From contig NC_058373.1 of assembly GCF_018350175.1 (NCBI RefSeq), forward strand, positions 76,260,001-76,324,000: a DNA stretch of 64,000 bases. Reading direction: 5' to 3'. A program made the position numbers and the translations under genes. This DNA comes from Felis catus. Its lineage: Eukaryota. The notes beneath the pieces are model-generated. The model had not been told where the DNA came from. It did no database searches and was given only the letters and a program-made list of their open reading frames with translations. Of this stretch, positions 1-11,714 are shown one piece after another; position 1 is the stretch's first letter, and the number at the start of each line of letters is the position of its first letter.

Positions 1-700
1 TTTAAGCAGAGATTGGACGGATAAGTAGGAGCTGATAAGACAAAGGATAGTTGAAAGAGTTCACAACACAAAATTGAAAGTTTTTAGGGTTGGCATAAGA
101 GGAAAACAAAAAGTCAGAAGAATGAAGGGACATTTTCAGAAAGTCAAAGGTGACAGGCAGAACCAAGGGGAGAGTTCAACTATCAAGAAAAAACAAGAGA
201 GCATGGGGACCAGGGAGGGTGTTAAGTTTAAAGAGAGGGCATATGGAGAGTAAGCAAGTGAGAGAGCTACTGGGGAGGTGTTAGTTACAGAGTGAAAGAG
301 TCTCCTTCAGAAGTATGGCTTTGAAAGAACTTCACAAAATCAAGACGTGTCCGTACAAGTGGGTTGTGTGAATGAGATCATCAGATGGATGGAGGTTTAC
401 TAATGGCTTGGCTAAACTGTTAGGAGTAAAATCGTAATCCAAATGCCAAAGTCCCCAATACATTTGGATTCATGTAAAATTATAGCAAAAAGAAGGCACT
501 GAAAGAAGGATTTTATAAAAGGGTGAAGGGATATGTTCTGGACTACTTGTGTAAATTGAGTAAACTCTGAATCTTGGTTTCACCACACGCAAAATGGGAG
601 TAAGAGCATAATAGCTCTTATGCTGAATAGCTATCATGGGGACAGCTAGAATGGGAAACACATAGCAGAGTAGCCAGCATAGTGTAGAAAACAAAAGATA
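1..700 (-). mobile_element. Degenerate L2-like LINE fragment
   Basis: Purine-rich, diverged sequence resembling antisense L2; boundaries approximate. Confidence 0.3.
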
Positions 701-1019
701 GTTCTATGAATTGTCATATTAATTATTAGTAAGAGTTGCTAGCTACATGGTTGTTTAAAAAAGACTTCTATTTTATTCAATAAATAAAACAGCCTAATAA
801 ATATGGTGTTACATTTATGTGTATATGAAAAAAGGGAGCAGCATTAAGAAGAATGTGTAGCACGCAAATACTAAGTTTTAAAGACATGGTTAGTTATATA
901 AGCAGAGCCGATACTACAACAGGGGTGAGAGGAGGAGGCCTCTTGGCTCCTTCTTTGACAGTACTCCTCTGAAAGGTACAGTCCTAGGAGGCTCACCAAC
1001 TGAGAATTTCATAATTTCC

Positions 1020-1150
1020 CAGTCAAGAACATTAAAGCGTGAAGGGACTTTGCACAATGTCACAGAATAACTCAACAACAAAGTCAAGACTGGAGACCCA
1101 CGGTTAGCGACTCCCATTTTATTGCTGTATCTACTGGACCATACTGTCTT
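1020..1150 (-). mobile_element. MIR fragment
   Basis: 'gtgaagggactttgcacaatgtcacag...actggagacccacgg...gactcc' resembles the antisense MIR core. Confidence 0.55.
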
Positions 1151-1599
1151 ATAATTTCTTAATCCTTAGATACGGGGTCTCTGTTCCGCCTTGCCTGAGT
1201 GACTCAAATTGACATTCCTGGGACCAGAGAACTAATAAACACTGCATGTCATGATGTTCTCTCTTTAAAAACCCACCATGTGGTCTGTTAAGCAAAGGGG
1301 TGCCTAGACCAGGACTTGAGAGATAGCTAGCACTCCAGAGGGATTATGGATATGCCAAATCTTCACATAATCCTCAGCCCTGGCCCTCCCTACTATGGCT
1401 CTTAGAGCCCCATAGTCACTTCTGGATGAAACAGCCATGGTTACAGTCCCTTGCCCCTTACCTGGACTCCTAACAGCCCAAACTGGATGGGGTGGCCTTA
1501 ATTCACAGGGTCACTGTGAGAGGGGATAGCGAGCTTGCAAGGTAGCACTCTTCCTTTTCTTTGGAAGCTCACTTAAGGCTGAGAGTAGTGGAGCTCCAA

Positions 1600-2420
1600 A
1601 GGCAGTGTGCGCTCCTCCTGCCTGTAATATCCTTAGCTATTATCACAATGAGTATAGCACTTTAGGGGGTAGCCCACTGATCCAGTCGAGCCGGACTCTA
1701 AAATGTACAGTAATGAACTGCAGCAGCCGCAGTGCTCTAAATCAAAGATTCCTAGCGCCAGCGAGGGAATGGGAAGGGTAGTACATCCTCTCTGTAAGTA
1801 GATTCTCTGCCAGTCAGTCCGCCTGCTACCTCAAAAGGAAAACCCGCTTATACCTGCGAAACCCCACAGTGAGGGGCCGAGTCAGACAACCATCACAAAG
1901 CAACTTGGGCAAATTCCTGGGATGCCAGGCCACCGTTCAGAGCTTTCGAGGGACAACAATGATCCCATCTGCTGAGGCTCTTAAAAGCGCTGAAAAAGTG
2001 CAGGTCATGGCATAAGCCCTCGCTCGGCAGGCACTACGACTCTTGGGCAATCCCTGAGGGCCAATCAGAACAAACCCATGCACTTGGCACAAATTCCCAC
2101 ATTTTTAGCCCACCTAAAGAAATACATAGACCGGATGACAAAAACAGCTTTTGGAACACCCAAGCAGAATATTTTAGCAAATTGTTATGGTTTCTACTAA
2201 GTTTATAAGACAATCCCTATGCGGTAATGAATGGGGAGATTTGGAGCCAGTAGAAAGTAGAGAAAGTAAAATCAATTATAGACACTCTGGGAGCCCTGAC
2301 TATATTAACGCAAATTCATTTTAGAGATTGCTAAATTATTTACATCATTGTGGAACTTGTACACTTCCCTATCCTCCCCAAAGCATTTCTTCATTAGGAT
2401 TCCCTGAAAATCAGAGGCGG
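1600..2420. promoter_or_regulatory. CpG-retaining promoter-like region with NF-Y CCAAT box
   Basis: About 16 CpGs counted by eye in 1600-2060 against a CpG-depleted background; GGCCAATCAG at 2059-2068; GC-box-like GAGGCGGAGC near 2414. Confidence 0.4.
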
Positions 2421-3355
2421 AGCAAGTGAAGAGAATTAGGTCAGAGCTCTTGTCCATTAACTGGCTACCAGTTGTTCACCCATAAGTTGACAAGGCAGAG
2501 CAAAGACATGTCCTGATGAGGTGACACAAGGAACCAGAAGGATTATAAACCTCATTCTACCTCTGTGTGTCTTCCTTTTGAAATGTTCAGTAGTTCAGAC
2601 CACAGTAAGAGGCCAGGCATACAGAACTAAACTGGAGAGATCACACCTCAGCCTTCAGAGCGGAGGAGAGAACAGATAACTTTTCCAAGAAGGACTCTTC
2701 CCTGCAGAGCTAAGACCACAGAATTGTTATTCCACAGAAACATGTTTGTTAGATCTGAAATCATGTGACCTCCAGGTGAGGGACAAGAGCATAAAGGAAC
2801 TGTCTATTTTCTTCCCTCACCAGATTCCCATCACAAGATTATTATTCACTCCTTCTTTCCTTCTCTCACATTGTTAAGGCTGATATGTTAATAACTTGTC
2901 AACGTGTCGCCACTAACATTTAGAGTAAAAAGCAAATTATTATGAAGCTTTGCCCTTTTCCTAAAATTTCCAAAAATTCACACAGAAAAATAAACACTTA
3001 GGCCTAAATATTTCAGACTATAAAGCAATTGTCCAACTCACAATGAACTGCTGATCTGCAGACGTTCTTTCCTTCTTCTTCCCCATTGCCCTCCTTGACC
3101 AGACAGGCTTTCAAACTTTCTAGTGATTAAACATTTCCAGTTATGTTGTCTAGTCATGACACAGATTACCTAGATTTCATGAGAAAACATCAGCTCAGTC
3201 ATTTTTCTGGACTATTTCCTAACTCAACTCTCTCTCTAGCACTTAGAATATCCTTTTTACCAAGTTCTCTTTGAACAAGTGTTCTTCCTGAATGAGAGTG
3301 GAGGCCTTGTTAATTGAGTCGTGTTCCAGAATATTGTTATTTAAATTGTATCACA

Positions 3356-3556
3356 GGGGCGCCCAAGTGGTGCAGTCTCTTCAGCATGGGTCTCTTGGTT
3401 TCAGCTCAGGTCATGATCTCACAGTTCCTGGGATCAAGCCCCTTATCATACTGCGCTGACAGCCTGAGCCCTGCTTGGGATTCTCATTCTCTGCCCCCCC
3501 CCCCTAGTTCGTGCACTTGCTCTCTCTCACAAAATAACTAACTTAAAAACAAAAAA
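3356..3556 (+). mobile_element. CAN-SINE (SINEC)
   Basis: ggggcgcc head, (CT)n tract and A tail; imperfect TSD taaattgtatcaca / taaattatatcata. Confidence 0.9.
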
Positions 3557-4319
3557 TAAATTATATCATAGTATAGTTTTGCTTAGGTACAGGAGTTTGG
3601 AGAGACACCAAAGCGTTAATGTCATTTTCCATTCCTTGTTTAATAAAGCTCTGGTGACATGCTCCTATCAACCTTAAACTTTTAAATTTCTTTTGTTTTG
3701 CACTCACTGCATATTGACAAGAATGCAACAGTGGTTTGTTTGTTTTGTTTTTTTTTGATTAGAGGAAAGATAACTTTGCAAAGTTTATATTCTGTTCTTT
3801 CATTTGGATTGAAACGCAGCAGTACTTCTCAAGGTGACTAAAATGAGAAAGGTTAATTTTCTTCAAGAGAAATGGACTGAAAAACAGCATTCTTATAAAC
3901 TATTATCTTGGAGATAGCCTACCAGGAGCTTTAGAAATCATCATTCTTTTCACTTATTTCAAGCATAGCGCACACATCCCTGGAAGTGTTATTCAGCAGT
4001 GCCTGTCTGCCTTGGGCACTGTCACCGGAGATGTTATGCCTGCCCTCTGTGAGCTTATGACGGGTGAAAGAAAACAGGCACACAAATGACAAAGCACAAA
4101 TTCCAAAATTTAGTTAGAATCATTCTGTGAACGCGGTGGTACAACTTGGGGATCGGTGGCTTAGTCAGACACAAAGTCCACGTGTCCTGGGGTCCCGTTG
4201 ATATCGTCATTTATTAAAGAAAAGTCAAATGAAAATGAAGGTCTTAATATTTCTGAGAGTTAAATTACAAATTTTTGAATAGGTGATACTGTTCACAGGG
4301 TTAAAAAGTTCAAATAATA

Positions 4320-4505
4320 GGGGCGCTTGGGTGGCTCAGTCGGTTGAGAGTCCGACTCATCATTTTGGCTCAGGTCGTGATCCCAAGGTCACGGGATCGA
4401 GCTCCACCTCAAACTTAGTGTGGAGTCTGCCTAAGATTCTCTCTCTCCCTCTGCCCCTCTCCTGCTTGCACTCTCTTTAAAAATTAAAATAATTAAAATA
4501 ATATA
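4320..4505 (+). mobile_element. CAN-SINE (older SINEC)
   Basis: ggggcgcttgggtggctcagtcggttgag head, CT tract, A-rich tail. Confidence 0.9.
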
Positions 4506-4509
4506 ACAA

Positions 4510-4800
4510 GATGTAAATCAAGAGCTCTTATTTCCACCCACACTGGTTCCTATGCACTCCTTTCCCACTGCCTACTATCAGTGTATAGTTTCTCAAATAC
4601 CTTTCTAGTGCCTTCTTATACAAAAACAAGTAAATATGAATATTTCACCTTTTCTCACACACGAACCACACCTTATCGTGGACATTTTTTTTGCATTGTG
4701 CATTTTCCACTGGTAATCTATCCTGGAGCTCTTTCGTATTGGGATATAGATAAATTTTTCATTCTTTTTCTAGCTACATACTATTCCATTGGTAGCTCAT
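4510..4800 (-). mobile_element. Old L1ME-like 3' fragment
   Basis: 'tttttttgcattgtgcattttccact...attctttttctagctacatactattccattg' is typical of antisense L1ME 3' sequence. Confidence 0.5.
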
Positions 4801-6072
4801 TCATTATTTGGAGAGGTAATTCTAACTCTTCTTAGGTAAGGCCTTTGCAGCAAAGACACTCCTAGGTATACAAACCAAAAAGTCATTGTGGAAAAATTGA
4901 TACCTAAGGCACAGGAAACTGTTCCTTTTAGCCGGGCTCACTCAAAGGTCAGCTTCAGCAAGATAATCTAGACAACTCAACAAGGCGACAGGTGCTGGGC
5001 TCTTTGGCTGTATCTGTAAGAAGACTACATTTTCTCTCATCTCGTTTAATCTTGGTATGTTTGGTACACATACAAAAAGATACGATGCATGTACTTTTCT
5101 GAGACCTTAACCCACACATATTAAGGGGGATAGGGTGATGGGTGACTGGTGATGTAGGTAGTGACAGTCCCTAGGAAGAATCAAGGATACCACAGTCCTT
5201 TATTTCTCCCCAAAGCAGCTGCGTGTTGAAGTTATCAGNNNNNNNNNNNNNNNNNNNNNNNNNNNNNNNNNNNNNNNNNNNNNNNNNNNNNNNNNNNNNN
5301 NNNNNNNNNNNNNNNNNNNNNNNNNNNNNNNNNNNNNNNNNNNNNNNNNNNNNNNNNNNNNNNNNNNNNNNNNNNNNNNNNNNNNNNNNNNNNNNNNNNN
5401 NNNNNNNNNNNNNNNNNNNNNNNNNNNNNNNNNNNNNNNNNNNNNNNNNNNNNNNNNNNNNNNNNNNNNNNNNNNNNNNNNNNNNNNNNNNNNNNNNNNN
5501 NNNNNNNNNNNNNNNNNNNNNNNNNNNNNNNNNNNNNNNNNNNNNNNNNNNNNNNNNNNNNNNNNNNNNNNNNNNNNNATGCTATTTCTTCCTTCCCTCC
5601 CCCTTCAAGGTTGAAGCAACATCCTATCTTCTAACAAACAACGTTTACTTCAGAACAGAAAGCTTGGAGGCAAGCAGCACTATGTTCTGCAGAGCCAGAG
5701 AGCCACGCGCCAAAGTGCATTTGCCATTTCCTAGGAAACCCCCCTTTGCAGCAAGACAATCTGGGAAATAAACTTTGTAAAGTGACCTTGTGAAGCCAAC
5801 ATCAATGACCCCTGGATAAATGTCATCTGGTGGAGTAATTTAGGCACCATAAATACAACAGGGTGCCAATTGAGAAATCGGGGTGTAAAAATATAAACAC
5901 AGTTTGGATTTATAAAGCCTCTTTTGGATGTGACAATTCAGACATTTGGCATTAAGAGTCTGATCTATCAAGTAGAGAGTTAGGTGGGGATAAATAGGTT
6001 TGCTTCTGGAAGGGAAAGGCGATACGACAAATAGAAACTTTGGTCGGCTTAGTGAAGGTACATAGATGCATA

Positions 6073-6074
6073 CA

Positions 6075-6107
<33 letters not shown>

Positions 6108-6120
6108 GTACAAACACACA
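6073..6120. repeat. (CA)n microsatellite
   Basis: Directly visible. Confidence 0.95.
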
Positions 6121-6356
6121 TATCCTCACGCAAATGTCTAATTCAAGCTGTTGCTCCAGAAGGATACCTGCTGGGATTAATTTGCAATTTGCCACAGATT
6201 CCAGAGCAGGAAATGTCTCAGAAACAGAATCAATCGTGACTGTATTCCTTTTACCTACTTACATATTAAAAATGACCCGAATGCATTGCTGTAACAAATG
6301 GTGTTCAACGTAATGGCATTTCCCCTGATGCTGCCCTCAAGAATGTCTTGCTTGTT

Positions 6357-6590
6357 GGGGCACCTGGGTGGCGCAGTCGGTTAAGCGTCCGACTTCAGCC
6401 AGGTCACGATCTCGTGGTCCGTGAGTTCGAGCCCCGCGTCAGGCTCTGGGCTGATGGCTCGGAGCCTGGAGCCTGCTTCCGATTCTGTGTCTCCCTCTCT
6501 CTCTGCCCCTCCCCCGTTCATGCTCTGTCTCTCTCTGTCCCAAAAATAAATAAATAAACATTGAAAAAAAATTTAAAAAAAAAAAAAAAA
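6357..6590 (+). mobile_element. Young felid SINEC_Fc
   Basis: CpG-rich body and long A tail; perfect TSD aagaatgtcttgcttgtt at 6339-6356 and 6589-6606. Confidence 0.97.
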
Positions 6591-7838
6591 GAATGTCTTG
6601 CTTGTTGACATCCCTATACAACCCAAGTTATGGGAAGGGCTCCATATGCTTTTGTTTTTGTTTTTTTAAGGTGAAAGATTTACACAATCTGAAGAGAAAC
6701 CAAAGTATCCATACATCTTTTTTTCTTATGATCTGTGTGTTTATTGTAGAAATAATTACATGAGATCTTAACATAGCTAAGTATTTATGTTTAGAATTTG
6801 CCTTTGAGTTCCTTGTTTCCCCAAGCTATGTTACTGTTTTCCTATGCACTTCTGAGAACTTTTTACAAGCTCAAGTAACTCAGTTTCCCCCCTGAACAAA
6901 GTATATGGAAGAAAGGTTTTTGAAAACTAACTTTCTTGGTATTATCATGGAGATCAGAGTAGTTTCAAAGGTTCTCTGTTCATCTCTGATAAATGGTCAA
7001 TAAGGGATATACTAACGAACCATGAATTTGCCACATACCATCCCCCAAGTTGCCTGCAATTTGGATGATTGTGGTTATGGCTGTTAGGGTGGTAATGCTA
7101 TTATGACCATTGTTACTTCAAATATCAAATCTTAGATCAAAATATTCTTAATAGTTTGATCCCAAATGTTAGTAAAATTATAAATACTTGGCATGCTGCA
7201 TTAAGAAGAAAGACAATCTTAAGATATTATCTTTAGTGTACATAATGCTTAGGATAAGAACGGTTCTTTTCAAAAATCAATAGCTTCTAAACAGTACCTA
7301 GCTAGATTTATTGCCTTTTCCTCCAGGTCTATACAATGCCACTTTGTAGTTCAGCATTCTTCATCTAATATCACTTTGAATATCAAGTACTTCTATTGTT
7401 TTATCTCCTAAAATTCATTTCCACAGTTCCATTGCAAAGGTTTCCAAGTGTGCCAAATTCACATCAGCTGAGAGTTCAAAACAAGAATTTGGTGGGGGGG
7501 GGGGGGGCGGGGAAGAAGAGGTTAGGTCTAAAGCTTCCTCTTAATTAGCTATCCTTCCAACTGTTCCTCCTGTAGATAAGAAAGAAAAAAAAAGATAAAG
7601 AAATGGCCCACCTCTTTTCCAGAGAGCAAACCATTTGTTGTACTCGTCTTCCAGTCCCAGCAAAGTTTTACGTGAAATGGTACATTTCCAAAACCTTCTA
7701 TTCTTTCCAACTTTTTGTTTTCCTCTCACTGGAATGTAAATTCCATAAGCAATTAGAGTAATGCCTGGCATATATAGGTAGTATTAAATGAATAACTTCT
7801 TCCTTTATAAATGTTAGTTTTCATTTAAACTAGCAGAG

Positions 7839-8025
7839 TTTTAATGTTTATTTAAAAGAGTGCAAGCAGGGGAGGGGAAGTGAGAGAGAAGCAGAGGAAC
7901 CAAAGCAGGCTCTTTGCTGATAGGCTGACAGCAGCAAGCCTGATGTGGGACTCAAATTCACAAACCCTAAGATCATGACCTGAACCAAAGTCTGAAGCCC
8001 AACTGACTGTGCCACCCAGGTGCTA
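7839..8025 (-). mobile_element. CAN-SINE
   Basis: Antisense SINEC ending gccacccaggtgc; flanks share ctagcaga. Confidence 0.88.
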
Positions 8026-8121
8026 CTAAGCTAGCAGATTTTTTTAAAGTTCAGTACCAGATCCTTTATTCGTTCATTTCTGCATACATGAATATGTATG
8101 GAGAGTTTGATAGGTAGCAGG

Positions 8122-9451
8122 TGAAGGGGAACAGAATTCTCCACCCCAAAATATGCCTCTTTGACATAAGGATTATTTTAAGCTGGTTGTTTTTTAAGAA
8201 ACATAAGACACACAGGAGAAGCTCTGAAAACCAAGCAGAAGTTACCCTTTTTATAACTTTTTTTTTAAATTTACATCCAAATTAGTTAGCATATAATGCA
8301 ATGATGATTTCAGGAGTAGATCCCTTAGTGCCCCTTACCCATTTAGCCCATCCCCCCTCCCACAACCCCTCCAGTAACCCTCAGTTTGTTCTCCATATTT
8401 ATGAGTCTCTTCTGTTTTGTCTCCCTCCCTGTTTTTATTTTATTTTTGTTTCCCTTCCCTTGTGTTCATCTGTTTTGTCTCTTAAAGTCCTCATATGAGT
8501 GAAGTCATATATGATTTTTGTCTTTCTCTAATTTCACTTAGCATAATACCTTCCAGTTCCATCCACGTAGTTACATCACTCATCAGGGAAATACCAATCA
8601 AAACCGCAAGGAGATACCACCTTACACCTGTCTGAATGGCTAACACTAACAACTCAGGCAACAACACATTCTGGCGAGGATGCGGTGAAAGAGGATCTCT
8701 TTTGCATTGTTGGTGGGGATGCATGCTGGTGCATCTACTCTGGAAAACAGTATGGAGATTCCTCAAAAAACTAAAAATAGAACTACCCTATGACCCAGCA
8801 ATTGCACTACTAGGCATTTATCCACGGGATACAGGTGTGCTGTTTCGAAGGGACACATGCACCCCCATGTTTATAGCAGCACTCTCAACAATAGCCAAAN
8901 NNNNNNNNNNNNNNNNNNNNNNNNNNNNNNNNNNNNNNNNNNNNNNNNNNNNNNNNNNNNNNNNNNNNNNNNNNNNNNNNNNNNNNNNNNNNNNNNNNNN
9001 NNNNNNNNNNNNNNNNNNNNNNNNNNNACCCTTTTTTAAGAGACCTTTACATTTATAAGGGCAATCTCCACTTGTAAGGGTTTCTGTCTCTCAGTACCAG
9101 CAAGAGGGGGATAACTGTCTCTAGAAACGCCTCAATAGCAAAGTTAAAGACTTAAATCTGCAGTAAGAACTTTACCCATATTTACTGTGCTTTTCCAGGT
9201 AACCTCTACTAACTGGTCTCACCCCTCCCCCAATTTTTTTTTCTGTCTTTAGCTGAAGGTGATATTTAAGGTGATGGCTCCCATTTTGGGGAGTTACTCA
9301 GTTTTCCTCAGTCTCTCCCATGTATACAGGAGACACATTATTACATTTCTGTTTGTGATTTTTTTTTTCTTGTCAATGTGTTTTTTATTACGGGTAGGTT
9401 TCAGCCAAGGACCTAGAAGGGTAAAGCGAAAATTAATTTTGCATGTCTACA
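8122..9451 (+). mobile_element. MER34-like ERV1 solo LTR, interrupted by an L1 and inserted in an L2 3' fragment
   Basis: Starts TGaaggggaacagaattctccaccccaaaatatgcc and ends ...cctagaagggtaaagcg...ctaCA; 4-bp TSD cagg at 8118-8121 and 9452-9455. Confidence 0.8.
8258..9027 (-). mobile_element. Carnivore L1, 5'-truncated and 5'-inverted
   Basis: PolyT plus antisense L1 3' end at 8258-8573, joined to a sense ORF2 C-terminal segment at 8574-8899 (LHCWWGC...[15 protein letters not shown]); acccttttt..aa TSD-like sequence on both sides. Confidence 0.88.
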
Positions 9452-11199
9452 CAGGGATAATCTAAGGGCATAGGCCCCAGTAATGTTAGTTGAATGTTCA
9501 TGGAATTTCCATTCCGGTAGGCCAGAAGGCAATGAATAAGTAAGCAAACAGATATAAAGTAAAAATTGCAGGATGTGACTGGCATTATAAGAAAAATAAA
9601 TGGATGCTTTGATAGAGAATAATAGAAGAACCTACTCTCAGACTTTTAATAAACCTTTCTTTTTTTTTCTTCTTTCTTCTTGAGCCTGGGATATTAAATA
9701 AGATTTCTCCCATTTTACTGATTCTTCTTAATAAAAGAAAATATTGTAAACAAAATTGCAGCCTGGTTTCTTCACTATGGCACAGAATTTGTGAATCATA
9801 AAAACATTTTAAATGTAAAGGACATCAGCTCAGTCATATACTTTGGGTTTGCTTAAGAAAGAAAAAGGATACATCTTAAAAATAATTACATCGATGTTTA
9901 CAACATATTGATTCTCTTATTAGTTATAGCAATGGTGTAAATAGAATGAAAGATGGCTAATTCAAGAAATCATTCAAATGGGTATTTTTTATCTTCTTGT
10001 TCAGAATCGCAAAGTCACCTTAACATACCACACATCCCTCATTCCTCTAGAATTTGACTTTTATTACCTTGTAACAGATAACTTTGTGATACTGTGTTTT
10101 TCCCCAAGGTGTAATTCCCTTGATAGCCACCCAATTTGTTGCAGGTGTTTCTTTTCACTGCTGAGTAGTATTTTACCATATGGATATACCACAGAGGGTT
10201 TGTTTAACCCTTTACGCACTGAAAGACAATTAGGCTATATTCAGTTTGGGATTATGACAAAGTTACTATCAATATTCAAATACAGATTTTTGTCTGCATA
10301 TAATTTCTCACATTTCTGAGATAAATGTCCAAGGGTGTGATTGCCAGGTTATAAGAGAAGAGTATATACACTTTTTAAAGAAACTACCAAGATATTTTCC
10401 AGAGAGGCTAGACCATTTTACATTCCCACTAGCAGGATATGAAAGATCCAGTTTCTCTGAGTAATTTGCCAGCATTTGTATTGTACTGACCTAATTCTAG
10501 CTGTTCTACTAGCTGTGTAGTGATATCCCATTGTGGTTTTTGTTTGCATTTCCCTAAGAGCCAATGATACTGAATATACTTTGTTATCCATATCTCTCCC
10601 CTGGTAATATGCAAGTTCATGGTGTTTCCCATTCTCTAGTTGTCTCAACTGTTGAGTTTTGTCATTCCTTATGCATTGTAGACATGAGTTCTTGGTCAGA
10701 TATTTCCTCCAAGCGTGTATTTTGTCTTTTAGCTTCTTAAAGTATTTTAGAGAACAAAAATTTGATTTTGATGGAGTCCAAGCTATTGATTTTTCCCCCC
10801 AGTTTTGGAGAATGCTGTTAGTATCCCAAGAACTTTTCACCTAGTTCTAGGGTCTGCAGATTTGCTCCTGTTTTCCCCTAAAAGTTTTATAGTTTTGTGT
10901 TCTATATTTAAATCTATGTTTACTTTTAGTTTAATTTTAAGGTAAGTTGTGAAGTTTAGGTCAAAAAGTGTTGTATTATTAGTTTTGCTTTTTTTCCTCC
11001 CACCAATAGACATTCAATTGCTCAGTCCCACTTGTTGAAAAGACAGTTTTTCCTCTATTTAATTGCGTCTGTAACTTTGTAAGAAAAAAAAATCAGCTAG
11101 CCCAAACTTTTGTAAGTTTATTTCTGTGTTGCTATTCTGCTCCTTTGATCATTGGTTTGTCCCTCAACGAATTCAATAGTCTTTCTAAGGTTTACATGT

Positions 11200-11440
11200 T
11201 TTAATTTTTATTTTAGGCAAATAAAATTGCACATAAGGTATATGACTTGATAATTTCATATACATTAAGAAATGATTACCACAAACAAGTTAATTACCAC
11301 ACATCTATCATCTCACATGTGTTCTCACTAAAAGCAAAGCTTTAAGATCTACTTTCTTAGCAAATTTCAGTATAATATATACATTATTAATTATAATTAA
11401 CATGCTGTACAATAATAAAACCTCATAACTTACTATCTTG
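11200..11440 (-). mobile_element. L1MA-type 3' end fragment nested in L1M
   Basis: 'aaatgattaccacaaacaagttaatta...aagatctactttcttagcaaatttca...catgctgtaca' matches the antisense L1MA 3' UTR. Confidence 0.7.
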
Positions 11441-11714
11441 ATTATGATTTTCTTCAGTGGACAGAGCTATTTCACCCACTTTATTTTTTTGTTTTGCAAT
11501 ATTGTTTTAGCTATTATAATTCCTTTGGTATTTCCAAACAAATTTTAGAGTAAGCTTGCCAGTATCTATAAAAATCCACTGAGAATTTGATAAAAATTGC
11601 ATGAAACTTACAGATCAATTTGGGGAGAACTGACACATTTACTATGTAGACTCTTCCAATCCAAAACCACTGTATATTTCTCCATTTACTTATCTCTTTA
11701 AAAAATTTCTTCCA

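Noticed and set aside
1780-2015. About 75-codon open frame as an endogenous viral element
   Set aside because: No recognisable viral motif and no upstream ATG; expected by chance in GC-richer DNA.
5223-5771. 182-aa ORF and other X-containing ORFs
   Set aside because: Artefacts of assembly gaps (5239-5578, 8900-9027, 11832-12027, 23291-23438, 30701-30849, 35823-35954, 50305-50469, 54666-54808, 55473-55604).
6348-6621. Recurrent 'AQVMIS...' and 'GSGHDL...' peptides suggesting a gene family, and tRNA-like heads
   Set aside because: These are translations of tRNA-derived CAN-SINEs, not genes or tRNAs.
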